This document shows, in pieces, positions 30,159 to 40,207 of a stretch of 64,000 bases of DNA. Position numbers and translations under genes: made by a program. This DNA comes from Sedimentisphaeraceae bacterium JB056 (GTDB taxonomy: Bacteria; Planctomycetota; Phycisphaerae; Sedimentisphaerales; Sedimentisphaeraceae), in assembly GCA_044440125.1 (NCBI GenBank), contig JBITAJ010000008.1, positions 64,001-128,000 of the forward strand. The letters are read 5' to 3'. The notes under the pieces were generated by a model. That model did no database searches and was not told the DNA's origin. It saw only the letters and a program-made list of their open reading frames with translations. The first letter of the stretch is position 1, and each line of letters starts with the position of its first letter.

Positions 30159-30689
30159 TCATCTACCCCACTGGTTATCATGAAACTTATCCTTTGCAAG
30201 GGAGCATTTATCTATCGGTGCTTTGGTTTCTGCTCCGTACCCAATAGCTATTATTGATTCCACCCTCACACCTGCGGGAATTTTAAGTATCCTACTGACA
30301 TGTTGTTCTGATTCCAGGCCATCATTATTATATCTGGACCTGACCTGAACCCAGCAACTTCCCAGCCCCAATGTCTGGGCAGTTAGTTGTAAAATAATGC
30401 TGGCAATGGAACAATCCTCTATCCATACATCTGATTCCGATTCATCTGCACATACCACAACAGCCAGAGGAGCCCCTTTTATTAGTGAAGAACCGGATTT
30501 TTTGCACTCAGAAATCCCTTCGAGGAGAATTTTATCGTCAACGAAAATAAACTGCCACGGCATGAAATTTCTTGAAGTAGGACTGCGAAGCAATGCTTCT
30601 TTCAATATATCAATATCACTCGACGAAACCGGCTGAGAAGTGAATTGGCGTATACTGCGTCTATTGCGAAGAATATCTATCATAATCAA
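30159..30689 (-). CDS. Nitroreductase family protein
   Basis: RRSIRQF, SPTSRNFMPW, LGLGSCW, IAIGY; ATGA overlap with ruvA. Confidence 0.9.
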   Translation of the reverse strand: MIMIDILRNRRSIRQFTSQPVSSSDIDILKEALLRSPTSRNFMPWQFIFVDDKILLEGISECKKSGSSLIKGAPLAVVVCADESESDVWIEDCSIASIILQLTAQTLGLGSCWVQVRSRYNNDGLESEQHVSRILKIPAGVRVESIIAIGYGAETKAPIDKCSLAKDKFHDNQWGR

Positions 30690-31330
30690 ACCTCTGCACC
30701 CTGCTTCAACCTGTAAACGATAGGAACAAGCTCCTCAGCAGTCTTGATATCAGGATGTTTTTGGGAAGCGAGCTTTACGAGCTCAATGGCCTCATTTCGC
30801 TTTTCACCCCAAGCAACCAGAATTTCAAGAGTTTCGATTTGATACGAGCTGAACTTTGCACCTTGACCGGAGATTTCTGATTGCCCGGACATAGTAAGGT
30901 CGGAGGCATAACCAGAAAGTTTGCCGCTTAGTTCAGCGATTATATGCTGAGCAAGCCTCTTGCCAATCCCGGGCATACTTATAACAATCTTCTCGTCACC
31001 TGATTCTATAGCAGAAGCTATTGCATCGACCGGCAAACAAAGCGATTTAAGCCCTTTTTTTATGCCCATGCCTTTTACGCTTGTATATTTGAGGAAAAAC
31101 TCTTTTTCTGACGAATTCATAAAGCCAACCATCCTCGGTATGAGGTTTCCCCCGCCCGGAGTACCTTCATAATATTCCATAGTACAAAGTGTTATCTCTG
31201 TCCCTATCTTACTCGAAAGCGAGCTTACACAATAGCCCGGAAGCATAACCTCGTACGAAATATTACCTACCGAAACCAAAGCCTTTTCGTCATCTAATGA
31301 AAGAAGTTCACCTGTTATCCGTGCTATCAT
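30686..31330 (-). CDS. ruvA: Holliday junction branch migration protein RuvA
   Basis: MIARITG, GF..EKEFF, HhH motifs VKGMG and PGIGKRLA; follows ruvC. Confidence 0.9.
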   Translation of the reverse strand: MIARITGELLSLDDEKALVSVGNISYEVMLPGYCVSSLSSKIGTEITLCTMEYYEGTPGGGNLIPRMVGFMNSSEKEFFLKYTSVKGMGIKKGLKSLCLPVDAIASAIESGDEKIVISMPGIGKRLAQHIIAELSGKLSGYASDLTMSGQSEISGQGAKFSSYQIETLEILVAWGEKRNEAIELVKLASQKHPDIKTAEELVPIVYRLKQGAEV

Positions 31331-31443
31331 AAATATCCTTTTCAGTGAACAAAGAATTGCAAATTTTTATTTTATCATTCAAGTACTAATTAGTATTCTA
31401 TAAGATAGTAATAGAATTTCCAGTAAAAACACCATATCAAAAC

Positions 31444-31938
31444 TCAAAAAGCAATCATATCCTCTAAATTCAGGGCGTTTACGCAGCAAAGAGCAATAGC
31501 AATTGCGTCTGCTACGTCTGCTGGTTCAGGTGGTGCGGCAAGAGAAAGTGTCGAGGCGATAGCACGCTGCATCTGCTGTTTTGTCGCTCTGCCGTTACCG
31601 GTAAGAGATTTCTTAATCTTAGTCGCTGAATAATCCACCACTTTCATTTCTCTGACACCTGCACGCTGAAAAATGACCCCCCTTGCATGCCCCATAAGTA
31701 TTGCCGTACGAGGATGAGCATAATGAGAATACAGCTGTTCAACTGCCATTATATCAGGATCATGCGAATCTAATATAGTATCAAGGTCAGCGGCAATTTG
31801 TGACAAGCGGTCTGCGAGCTCCGCCTTGGTATCGGCCCTTATAGTACCGGCTTCCAGAAGATTAATGCCGGAAACATTACTATTTATAACTGCGTAACCG
31901 CAAATACGCAACCCCGGATCTATTCCTATGATCTTCAT
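31444..31938 (-). CDS. ruvC: Holliday junction resolvase RuvC
   Basis: GIDPG, AVEQ, HARGV, KKSLTGNGRATKQQ, DVADAIAIA. Confidence 0.96.
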   Translation of the reverse strand: MKIIGIDPGLRICGYAVINSNVSGINLLEAGTIRADTKAELADRLSQIAADLDTILDSHDPDIMAVEQLYSHYAHPRTAILMGHARGVIFQRAGVREMKVVDYSATKIKKSLTGNGRATKQQMQRAIASTLSLAAPPEPADVADAIAIALCCVNALNLEDMIAF

Positions 31939-32624
31939 ACAACCTTGCCATCCTGAAGCACTACCTGTCTGTCGCCCATATCCGCAACGCGTTTATCATG
32001 AGTGACCATTATAATAGTTTGCCCTGCTTCCTTATGAAGTTTCCTGAGTATCTCAAGTATACCCTGCCCAGTCGGCCAGTCAAGATTTCCAGTAGGCTCG
32101 TCTGCAAGCAATACCTGCGGTTTATTTATCAAGGCACGCCCTATAGCCACTCGCTGACGTTCACCGCCGGAAAGCTGAGAAGGACGATGCTTTAATCGCT
32201 CTGAAAGTCCGAGCTTATCCAAAAGCTCAATCGCTTCGGCTCTATATTTTTTACGTTTGCCAAACCACCCAATCGCTGAGTAATCGGCCATTACCGGCAT
32301 AAGAACATTCTCTACAACATTAAGCTCTTCTATCAGATGATAAAACTGGAAGATGAAGCCTACATCTTTGTTGCGGAAAGAATTCAGACGTCTTGATGAA
32401 AAACGGGTGATATTATCACCATGAAAATGTACATCACCTTTATCCGGCTTATCGAGTGCACCAAGTATATGCAGCAAGGTACTTTTACCTGAACCACTTG
32501 AGCCGGTTATAGTCAGAAACTCGCCTGATTTTACTGAGATATCCACACCTCTAAGTACTTTGAGATGCGTATCACCCAGCCTATAGCTCTTTTCTATATT
32601 CTTGCAATTTATTATGTAACCCAT
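31935..32624 (-). CDS. ABC transporter ATP-binding protein, LolD-like
   Basis: GSSGSGKST, GFIFQFYHL, LSGGERQR, LADEPTGNLD, VTHD. Confidence 0.88.
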   Translation of the reverse strand: MGYIINCKNIEKSYRLGDTHLKVLRGVDISVKSGEFLTITGSSGSGKSTLLHILGALDKPDKGDVHFHGDNITRFSSRRLNSFRNKDVGFIFQFYHLIEELNVVENVLMPVMADYSAIGWFGKRKKYRAEAIELLDKLGLSERLKHRPSQLSGGERQRVAIGRALINKPQVLLADEPTGNLDWPTGQGILEILRKLHKEAGQTIIMVTHDKRVADMGDRQVVLQDGKVV

Positions 32625-32780
32625 TAAAGCCCTTGAGATTAAGCTAAAGTTTGAATAAAACAGAAATCACATTATCCATTAGAGACAATAATTGTCAACA
32701 AATAAAATATTGCAAACTGGAATTGACAAATAGTTGTTTTGGGAATTGAAAATCTGTGATTGCCCTATTAAACTTCAAAT

Positions 32781-32815
32781 AAAAAGCCTGCAGGCTGATT
32801 ACCAACTTGCAGGCA
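32781..32815 (-). terminator. Terminator after tRNA-Pro(GGG)
   Basis: Minus strand GCCTGCAAGTTG-GTAAT-CAGCCTGCAGGC then TTTTT. Confidence 0.75.
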
Positions 32816-32823
32816 TAGAAAAA

Positions 32824-32898
32824 TCGGGCTGACAGGACTTGAACCTGCGACCTTTTGACCCCCAGTCAAACGCGCTAGCCAAACTGCGCCACAGCCCG
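32824..32898 (-). tRNA. tRNA-Pro (anticodon GGG), CCA not encoded
   Basis: CGGGCTG acceptor stem, anticodon arm TTTGA-CTGGGGG-TCAAA, GGTTCAAGTCC T-arm. Confidence 0.95.
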
Positions 32899-33219
32899 TT
32901 CAGAGCTTGGTATTCTATATAAAGTCATAGTGATTTCAATACATATTACCAATATTTTGAAAAAAGTTTACAAGAACACATCATCTTATAATATAATGGA
33001 ATGAATATTAAAAGATGTTCGTTTTGGTCCGATGTTTCGTTTGTGTACTATTACACATCGGTTAGAGGCATAAAAAAGCAAAAGCGCAATCTCCGCAAGT
33101 TGTTTTTTTTAATATCTCTGCTATAGTATTAAACTGAGTATTTAGACAAATATAAAATGATTCAAAGAGTTGCTAAATAGGTCTAAAGAGAATTGTTAAA
33201 GATATAAAGAGGTTAGAAA

Positions 33220-34485
33220 ATGAAAGATCAACAGATAGAAAAAGCATACGAGATTGCAAAAGATCAATATGCTGCTATTGGTGTAGATGCAGAGAATGTA
33301 GTTAATAAACTGGCTAATGTTGCAATATCAATGCATTGCTGGCAAGGCGATGATGTCGGAGGCTTTGAAACAGCCGGAGCTGAGCTCGGAAGCGGCGGCA
33401 TTCAAGTGACCGGAAACTATCCAGGAAAAGCGACTACGGTAGAACAGCTTCGCCAGGACGTAGAAAAAGCCATGAGCATTATTCCAGGCAAGCAACGTTT
33501 GAATCTTCATGCATCATATCTTGATAACGGTGGCAAATTCGTTGATCGCAACGAAATAACCAAAGAGCATTTCCAGAGCTGGATTGACTGGGCAAAAGCA
33601 AACGAGACAGCCCTTGACTTTAATCCAACATTCTTCTCACACCCCAAGGCAGATGATGGTTTCACACTCAGCCACAAGGAAGAGTCCATCCGTAAATTCT
33701 GGATTGACCACGCAAAAGCATGCCGTAAAATTGGTGAGTATATGGGTAAAGAGCTTAATGATACTTGCGTAATTAACTACTGGATACCTGATGGCTACAA
33801 GGACACGCCATACGACAGGAAAGCTCCTCGCGAAAGGCTTGCCGCTTCATACGATGAAATATTCGCAGAGAAGCTTAATGAAAAATCAGTTGCCGAAGCA
33901 GTGGAATGCAAACTGTTTGGTATTGGCTCTGAAAGCTACGTTGTAGGTTCTCATGAGTTCTATATGGGCTATGCTCTCTCAAGAGACAAAATGGTTTGCC
34001 TTGATGCCGGCCACTTCCATCCAACCGAGACAATCTCAGACAAAATATCTTCAGTGCTAACCTTCCAGGACAAGGCCCTTTTACATGTAAGCCGCCCTGT
34101 TCGCTGGGACAGTGACCATGTGGTAATACTTTCGGATGACCTTCAGGCAATAGCACAAGAGATTGTAAGAGGCGACTACCTCGATCGCGTTTATATCGCA
34201 CTTGATTTCTTCGATGCAAGTATAAACAGGATTGGAGCATGGGCTACCGGCACACGCTGCATGATGAAGGCATTGCTTATTGCAATGCTTGAACCGGCTG
34301 AGATGCTAAGAAAAGCTGAAAATGACGGCGACCTTACAATGAGGCTTGCCGGTGTTGAAGAACTCAAGACAATGCCGTTCGGTGCAGTTTGGGATTATTT
34401 CTGCATGAAAAATAATGTTCCTGTCGGCTTTGATTGGATTAATGAAGTTAAAACTTACGAAAAAGAGGTTTTGGCTAAGAGATAA
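33220..34485 (+). CDS. rhaA: L-rhamnose isomerase
   Basis: [68 protein letters not shown]. Confidence 0.97.
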   Translation: MKDQQIEKAYEIAKDQYAAIGVDAENVVNKLANVAISMHCWQGDDVGGFETAGAELGSGGIQVTGNYPGKATTVEQLRQDVEKAMSIIPGKQRLNLHASYLDNGGKFVDRNEITKEHFQSWIDWAKANETALDFNPTFFSHPKADDGFTLSHKEESIRKFWIDHAKACRKIGEYMGKELNDTCVINYWIPDGYKDTPYDRKAPRERLAASYDEIFAEKLNEKSVAEAVECKLFGIGSESYVVGSHEFYMGYALSRDKMVCLDAGHFHPTETISDKISSVLTFQDKALLHVSRPVRWDSDHVVILSDDLQAIAQEIVRGDYLDRVYIALDFFDASINRIGAWATGTRCMMKALLIAMLEPAEMLRKAENDGDLTMRLAGVEELKTMPFGAVWDYFCMKNNVPVGFDWINEVKTYEKEVLAKR

Positions 34486-34521
34486 TAGAGCCTGTCTTTG
34501 ATATCTATATCAGAAAGACAT

Positions 34522-34558
34522 AGGGTCGTAAAGTAATTTTACTTTGCGGCCCTTTTTA
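34522..34558 (+). terminator. Terminator after rhaA
   Basis: AGGGTCGTAAAGTAA-TTT-TTACTTTGCGGCCCT then TTTT. Confidence 0.8.
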
Positions 34559-34664
34559 TATTGACTGAAATTGAGACTCCAATATACTAAGAACTAATGT
34601 AGTTGGTGCAATTTAATCTTTTATATTTTTACGTAAAATTAATTTGTAGAAAGGATGTCTCAAA

Positions 34665-36506
34665 ATGAAAGCAAAAATATCTCTTTTTTTATTGATTGCA
34701 CTAACGTTAATTACGGGTTGCAAAGATAAAAATTCGCAAACCAGCCAACCAACCCAGAAGCCTAAAAGCATTCTGTCATATATTCCGAAAGAGTCTTTAT
34801 TTTGCATTGTAGCGCATGATATTGAGGGTATCGCAACCAGCATAGATGATTTTGCCATCGGTATTACACCTGTTCCGGTATCTGCCGCAACGGGACTAAA
34901 AATGGTTGCTGCAAATTTGACAGGAGATGTCGATTCTGCAATAATAGACCTTAACGGTGACTTTGCGCTTATGGGCATACCTACAGGTGAGATGATTACA
35001 CAGCCTGACGGCACTGAGATCGCCAAACCTACAGTTGTTCTGGTAATCCCAATAAAGGATTTTTCAAAGTTAGAACAGATGAACACTGTTTCTATGCCGG
35101 ATACCGATGGGATTTACACATACAGTATGGGGCAACAACAATACGTATTCAAAAAAGCCAACAACTATATATTACTTACAACCCCACTTATTTTTCCTCA
35201 ATTCACAAAAGCATTTGAAGCTATAACCAATGCCAACGGAGATGTAATAAACAGCAAGCCAAAATATATTGTCGATAGTGCTGAAAATAAGCAGATATGG
35301 GTTTATGGTAATTTAACAGCTGTCGAATCAGAATATGGCAAACTCATGGATACTTATATTGAGATGGCTATTCAAACAGTCACTACGCAGATTGCCCAGA
35401 CTCCACAAACACCGCAAATATACCAGAAATACCTATCAAGTATGATGGATATGTATCGTGATATACTAAGAGATATCGATTCTATATCTTTGTCAGTCAA
35501 TATCGAAAAAGATGCCGTAAAGATATCAAATGCAATAACAGCAGTTAACGGGAGTCAACTTGCTAAAATCATGATACCAGACAACAATAAACTTAACCTG
35601 AATCGCATGGCATATCTTGAAAACGACAGTTTCATGAGGCTGGGATTGAAGGTTAATGCTGATTACTATAAAGCTTCCAGTATTGTCTTTTTTGACTTTT
35701 TTGAAGACATGTTCAAAACTGAAGAGAATGCGCAAACCATGCAAAAAATAAGAGAAATATCAACGCAATGGGCATCAGCAGTAAAAGATGATTGTGTTAT
35801 CAGTTACGGCTTCAATAATGATTCTGAATCAAAGCTGGCCTTATCCTTCATAGCAGGGATTGATGACGCCGAAGAAGTAGAATCTCTTATAAACAAGCAA
35901 GTTGAATTCTTTAACACACAAGATATCCAGGGTATCATTGAGTCATTCGATCTGAACTTAGAATTAACAGCTTCAAACGGAGTTAACAGCTTAGATAGCT
36001 ATCCGGTAAACAAATTAACTTACAAGTTTGATATTCCAATGCAGACTGAAGAAGATACAAAGATATTTGATCAAATGTTTGGTGAGGAGATAAACGGATA
36101 TTGGGTTTGCTATGATGATTTACTTATGTGCACGTCAGATAATGAAGATATCAGCAGGCTTAAAGCAATGGCTGAAACAAGCAAGTCAAACGCTCAGATA
36201 TCTGATGCCCTGAAAGAAAACTTCCAAATGCTTGGGGATTATTCAACATTTGAATTTATCGGTACATATAATTATGTGAAACTATTCGAATTTTCCTTAG
36301 CAACGATGTCAAGCATGATGCCTGAAGCACAAAAGGATAGCTTGAAATTTGAAACAAATTCCAATATCGTCTTTGGCGGTGACATAAAAGCTGACGGTAT
36401 AGTTTACGAACTCGCTGTTCCAAAGAAGCATATAATTGAAATAATGAGTGTCTTACCGGCTATGCAGGCAATGCCTACGCCGCAACCGCAGGTTTCTCAA
36501 AAATAA
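34665..36506 (+). CDS. Hypothetical lipoprotein (613 aa)
   Basis: Lipobox ITGC; long ORF with SD AGGA; no family recognised with confidence. Confidence 0.75.
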   Translation: MKAKISLFLLIALTLITGCKDKNSQTSQPTQKPKSILSYIPKESLFCIVAHDIEGIATSIDDFAIGITPVPVSAATGLKMVAANLTGDVDSAIIDLNGDFALMGIPTGEMITQPDGTEIAKPTVVLVIPIKDFSKLEQMNTVSMPDTDGIYTYSMGQQQYVFKKANNYILLTTPLIFPQFTKAFEAITNANGDVINSKPKYIVDSAENKQIWVYGNLTAVESEYGKLMDTYIEMAIQTVTTQIAQTPQTPQIYQKYLSSMMDMYRDILRDIDSISLSVNIEKDAVKISNAITAVNGSQLAKIMIPDNNKLNLNRMAYLENDSFMRLGLKVNADYYKASSIVFFDFFEDMFKTEENAQTMQKIREISTQWASAVKDDCVISYGFNNDSESKLALSFIAGIDDAEEVESLINKQVEFFNTQDIQGIIESFDLNLELTASNGVNSLDSYPVNKLTYKFDIPMQTEEDTKIFDQMFGEEINGYWVCYDDLLMCTSDNEDISRLKAMAETSKSNAQISDALKENFQMLGDYSTFEFIGTYNYVKLFEFSLATMSSMMPEAQKDSLKFETNSNIVFGGDIKADGIVYELAVPKKHIIEIMSVLPAMQAMPTPQPQVSQK

Positions 36507-36527
36507 GACAAAAAAAACATACAAATG

Positions 36528-36566
36528 AAAAGAGCCGCAAAGACAATCTATCTTTGCGGCTCTTTT
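36528..36566. terminator. Bidirectional terminator
   Basis: AAAAGAGCCGCAAAGA-CAATCTA-TCTTTGCGGCTCTTTT between convergent genes. Confidence 0.85.
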
Positions 36567-36592
36567 AGTTTCAAATCTCAGACACCAGCAGG

Positions 36593-37972
36593 TCAATGAG
36601 ATCCTGATGGTTCGCCAAGAACAGATTTGAGCTCGGCAAGTTTTTCAGCAAGGATCTCATCATCCTTAGCCTCTACATTAAGCCTCAGGAAAGGCTCTGT
36701 ATTACTCGGCCTTGCGTTGAACCACCAATCCTTAAACTGAATAGTGGTTCCGTCAAGATCATCAATACGGCCTTCACCATACTTGTGCGCAAGTTCTTTG
36801 AGGGTCGCATCTTTATCTTCAACACGGAAATTAATCTCTCCAGAAGAGTAATATTTGCGAAGCGGTGCAATCAGCTCACTAACAGGCTTATCACTTCTGC
36901 TTACAATATTAAGCATATGCACAAAAGTAATCATACCTGAGTCAGTATTAAAACTGTCACGATAGTAGAAATGACCTGAAAGCTCACCGCCAAATATAGC
37001 ATGACTGTCTCTGAGTGTTTTCTTCATAAAAGAATGGCCTACACGCTCACGACGAGGCGTTCCACCATGCTTGAGGACTTCTTCCTGAACGACCCAACTG
37101 CTTCTAAGATCGTAAACGATAGTAGATGAAGGCTCTTTCTCAAGGAAATATGGGGCCATCAGGGCAGTGAGCAAGTCGCAACTAATGCTTTGCCCCTTTT
37201 CATCAATCATAAGAAGTCGGTCAGCGTCACCGTCAAAGCAAACACCAACATCTGCTTTCTCATCAAGAATCAATTGCTTCAACTCAGCAAGATTTTCTTC
37301 TACAAGAGGATTAGGTTCGTGCTTGAAAGTACCATCGGTAGTTTCATTGATTATAACCATTTCAATCGGAAGATCACCAAAAAGCAGCGGAACCATTTTA
37401 CCAGCCATACCATTCGATGCATCAATAGCAACTTTAAGCGGCTTGATATTTCTATCGAGAAACTTCAAAACATGCTTACGATACTCATCAGTGAGATCGA
37501 CATTCTTAACAGTACCTGTTTCATTGCCCTTAGTATGGAGCAATGAAGTGGCCATATGCTGTATATCTTTGAGGCCGGTATTTTCACCTACCGGTTTAGC
37601 CTCGATACCGCTTATCTTAAAACCATTATAATCTGCAGGATTGTGCGATGCAGTAACCTGCACTCCGCCACAAGTCCCCAGATGATTAATCGCAAAATAT
37701 ATCTGGGGCGTATCTATCATACCAATATCTATAACATTAGTGCCTGTTGAACGCATACCGCTTATCAAAGCCTGCGTCAACGATTCACTGTGCTTACGCA
37801 TATCACGTCCCACACAAACAGCCTGTCCATTTTCCTGCCCTCTTTCATAACCTCGCAGCAGAGAACGGAGGAATTGTGCTGTTGCATAACCTATTTTCCA
37901 CGCAGCTTCTTCATCAAGCTGAGAAGGATAAAGGCCACGAATATCGTATGCTTTGAATATTTTATTATCCAT
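36593..37972 (-). CDS. Phosphomannomutase/phosphoglucomutase
   Basis: FKAYDIRG, TASHNP, FDGDADR, GELSGH, RPSNTEP; start 37972 after GGAG. Confidence 0.93.
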   Translation of the reverse strand: MDNKIFKAYDIRGLYPSQLDEEAAWKIGYATAQFLRSLLRGYERGQENGQAVCVGRDMRKHSESLTQALISGMRSTGTNVIDIGMIDTPQIYFAINHLGTCGGVQVTASHNPADYNGFKISGIEAKPVGENTGLKDIQHMATSLLHTKGNETGTVKNVDLTDEYRKHVLKFLDRNIKPLKVAIDASNGMAGKMVPLLFGDLPIEMVIINETTDGTFKHEPNPLVEENLAELKQLILDEKADVGVCFDGDADRLLMIDEKGQSISCDLLTALMAPYFLEKEPSSTIVYDLRSSWVVQEEVLKHGGTPRRERVGHSFMKKTLRDSHAIFGGELSGHFYYRDSFNTDSGMITFVHMLNIVSRSDKPVSELIAPLRKYYSSGEINFRVEDKDATLKELAHKYGEGRIDDLDGTTIQFKDWWFNARPSNTEPFLRLNVEAKDDEILAEKLAELKSVLGEPSGSH

Positions 37973-38049
37973 AAACATCTCCATCAATTATCTAAAATTC
38001 CAACCTAACTTAGCTCAAACTTGAGCTATCACCTTGAATCAGCATCAAA

Positions 38050-38286
38050 TCAGTCTACCGCTACGACTTCTTTGACCTCAGGAACCTGATCCTTCAGAAC
38101 TCTTTCAACACCATTTTTCAATGTCATCCGTGCGCCTGGGCAACCCCTGCATGCACCTTGAAGGCGTACTTTGACTGTCATATCCTCTTCAACGCTTACC
38201 AGCTCAATATCTCCACCATCAGCTTGCAGCCTTGGCCTTATTACCTCGATCACATCTTTGATCTTTTCTATATTATTTTCACTCAT
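38050..38286 (-). CDS. NifU/NfuA-type Fe-S carrier domain protein
   Basis: IRPRLQADGGDIELV, GACRGCP. Confidence 0.93.
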   Translation of the reverse strand: MSENNIEKIKDVIEVIRPRLQADGGDIELVSVEEDMTVKVRLQGACRGCPGARMTLKNGVERVLKDQVPEVKEVVAVD

Positions 38287-38700
38287 AATATTAATCCTTA
38301 TAGTTCAAGTTAGCACATTAAAGTTTAAAAACGTGCAGATTATAACAAGTAATTAGTGTTTTTTACAGATAAATTTGCTATAAAATCTCTTAAGGTAATA
38401 TTTGAACTTCCATCTTTTTAATTGCTGTATTAATTAAAAACAGCTTTTAGTTGTATAGAAAACACCGATTTACGTACCACTTAAATTAAAAAAAGGGCCT
38501 TTTGACATGTATAATAGAAGTTTTTTGATTTTTTTATTAGGAAAATAGAATTATTTGAAGTAGAATGGAACAACATTGGGAATGCGAGATAGAGTACTGA
38601 TTATATGCCTTCTGCAAAAATTTAATTATTGGTAGAGTTAAAATGCAGTTTCAGGTAAATTGGTTGCTATGTAAGTGAATATGCGATGAGGCTTTAACTA

Positions 38701-39615
38701 TTGAATTACTGCAACATGCAAAAAGAACAGTTTGAGGAATCAGGCGACAAGCTAATTGTTAATGCGCCAGCTAAAATCAATCTATATCTAATGATTGCCG
38801 GAAAGCGGCCTGATGGATACCATAACATTGACACTCTTATGTCGAAGATCACATGGTACGATCAGGTAATAATTGAGCCGTCTGACAATGAAGGAGTGGA
38901 ATTGGCCTGCACAGGATCGTACTGGGCACCTCAAAATGACGACAACCTTATTATAAAGGCTGTTAAAGCTCTTAATGACGATTGCGGTTTTAATGAGTCC
39001 ATACGTATAACACTTCAGAAAAACATACCTGCCGGAACTGGCCTTGGAAGTGCAAGCAGTGATGCCGCTGCAACATTGCTGGGGCTCAACAAATATTTCT
39101 CGCTTGGCATAAGCAAACAGCGTTTAGCAAAGATAGCTGCCAAATTCGGCAGTGACACTGCATTCTTTACAGGTAATTCTCTTGCGGTATGCAAAGGCAG
39201 AGGCGAGATACTTCACGAACTTGAAACTGATATAAACTACCAGGCATTGCTTATAATACCAAACATAAGCATGCCTACCGTAGAAGTTTACAGAAATTAT
39301 TCGCACGACGAAGAAATTTATTACAACTCCGCACATAAAATCAATCCGCTTATGAGCAGCAACAATGTGTTAGAGGCAGCATCACTCGGAATTAATATGC
39401 TTGCAGAAAGCTGCTTTGACATAAATGGCAAAATGAGCGAAATATACCGAGAAGCCGATGATGTGCTTGGAGGCGGCGTTGTATTGAGCGGCAGCGGGTC
39501 AGCTTTCTATAAAATACTTTCTGACGAAAATACCCAAGAAATTGATGAGTTAATGCGGTCATTGAAAGATCGTTTGGGTTGTAATATCATTTTAGTTTCT
39601 AACAACAGATGGTAA
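38701..39615 (+). CDS. ispE: 4-diphosphocytidyl-2-C-methyl-D-erythritol kinase
   Basis: [38 protein letters not shown]; alternative start 38716. Confidence 0.95.
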   Translation: MNYCNMQKEQFEESGDKLIVNAPAKINLYLMIAGKRPDGYHNIDTLMSKITWYDQVIIEPSDNEGVELACTGSYWAPQNDDNLIIKAVKALNDDCGFNESIRITLQKNIPAGTGLGSASSDAAATLLGLNKYFSLGISKQRLAKIAAKFGSDTAFFTGNSLAVCKGRGEILHELETDINYQALLIIPNISMPTVEVYRNYSHDEEIYYNSAHKINPLMSSNNVLEAASLGINMLAESCFDINGKMSEIYREADDVLGGGVVLSGSGSAFYKILSDENTQEIDELMRSLKDRLGCNIILVSNNRW

Positions 39616-39634
39616 TATTCAAGAGGTAAACAGT

Positions 39635-40045
39635 ATGGAAATCACAGAAGTTCGAGTGAAGTTGGTTGAAAACAAGGATGACAGGCTTAAGGCTTTTTGT
39701 TCGATGACAATTGACAACTGCTTTGTAGTTCGAGACGTCAAAATCATTGAAGGCACAGGTGGCTTATTTGTGGCCATGCCCTCAAGAAAAATGAGCGATC
39801 ACTGCGAATGTGGCGCCAAAAATTACCTGAGAGCAAGATACTGCAACAATTGCGGCAAAAAACTCTCTGAAGACAGAGCTTCAAAAAGCAATAGAGGCAG
39901 ATTAAAACTTCACGCGGACATAGCGCATCCAATCAATGCTGAATGCAGAGATATGATCCAGGATACTATCGTAAAGGCTTATGACCTGGAAGTAGAAAAT
40001 TCCCAAAAACCAGGCTACGTTCCGACAGAGCTCGACACTGAATAA
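39635..40045 (+). CDS. spoVG: SpoVG-family nucleic-acid-binding protein with Cys-rich insertion
   Basis: [32 protein letters not shown]; insertion HCECG...CNNCG. Confidence 0.9.
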   Translation: MEITEVRVKLVENKDDRLKAFCSMTIDNCFVVRDVKIIEGTGGLFVAMPSRKMSDHCECGAKNYLRARYCNNCGKKLSEDRASKSNRGRLKLHADIAHPINAECRDMIQDTIVKAYDLEVENSQKPGYVPTELDTE

Positions 40046-40156
40046 AATATACAATATCAGCGGTTGTCTGTTTTGCAATGGATATCGCTGGATATTTTTC
40101 AGAATCTTAAGTTAGACAACCGGGATATCTGAGCTTAAAAAGCAAAATTTGCAGTT

Positions 40157-40195
40157 TTAACGCAGAATATATCCTCAATATAATTTCTGCGTTAA
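40157..40195. terminator. Hairpin between convergent genes, probable terminator
   Basis: TTAACGCAGAA...TTCTGCGTTAA inverted repeat. Confidence 0.6.
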
Positions 40196-40207
40196 GACTT
40201 TTGTACC

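Noticed and set aside
33001..33126. 41-codon ORF upstream of rhaA
   Set aside because: No SD, overlaps probable promoter region, no regulatory codon run
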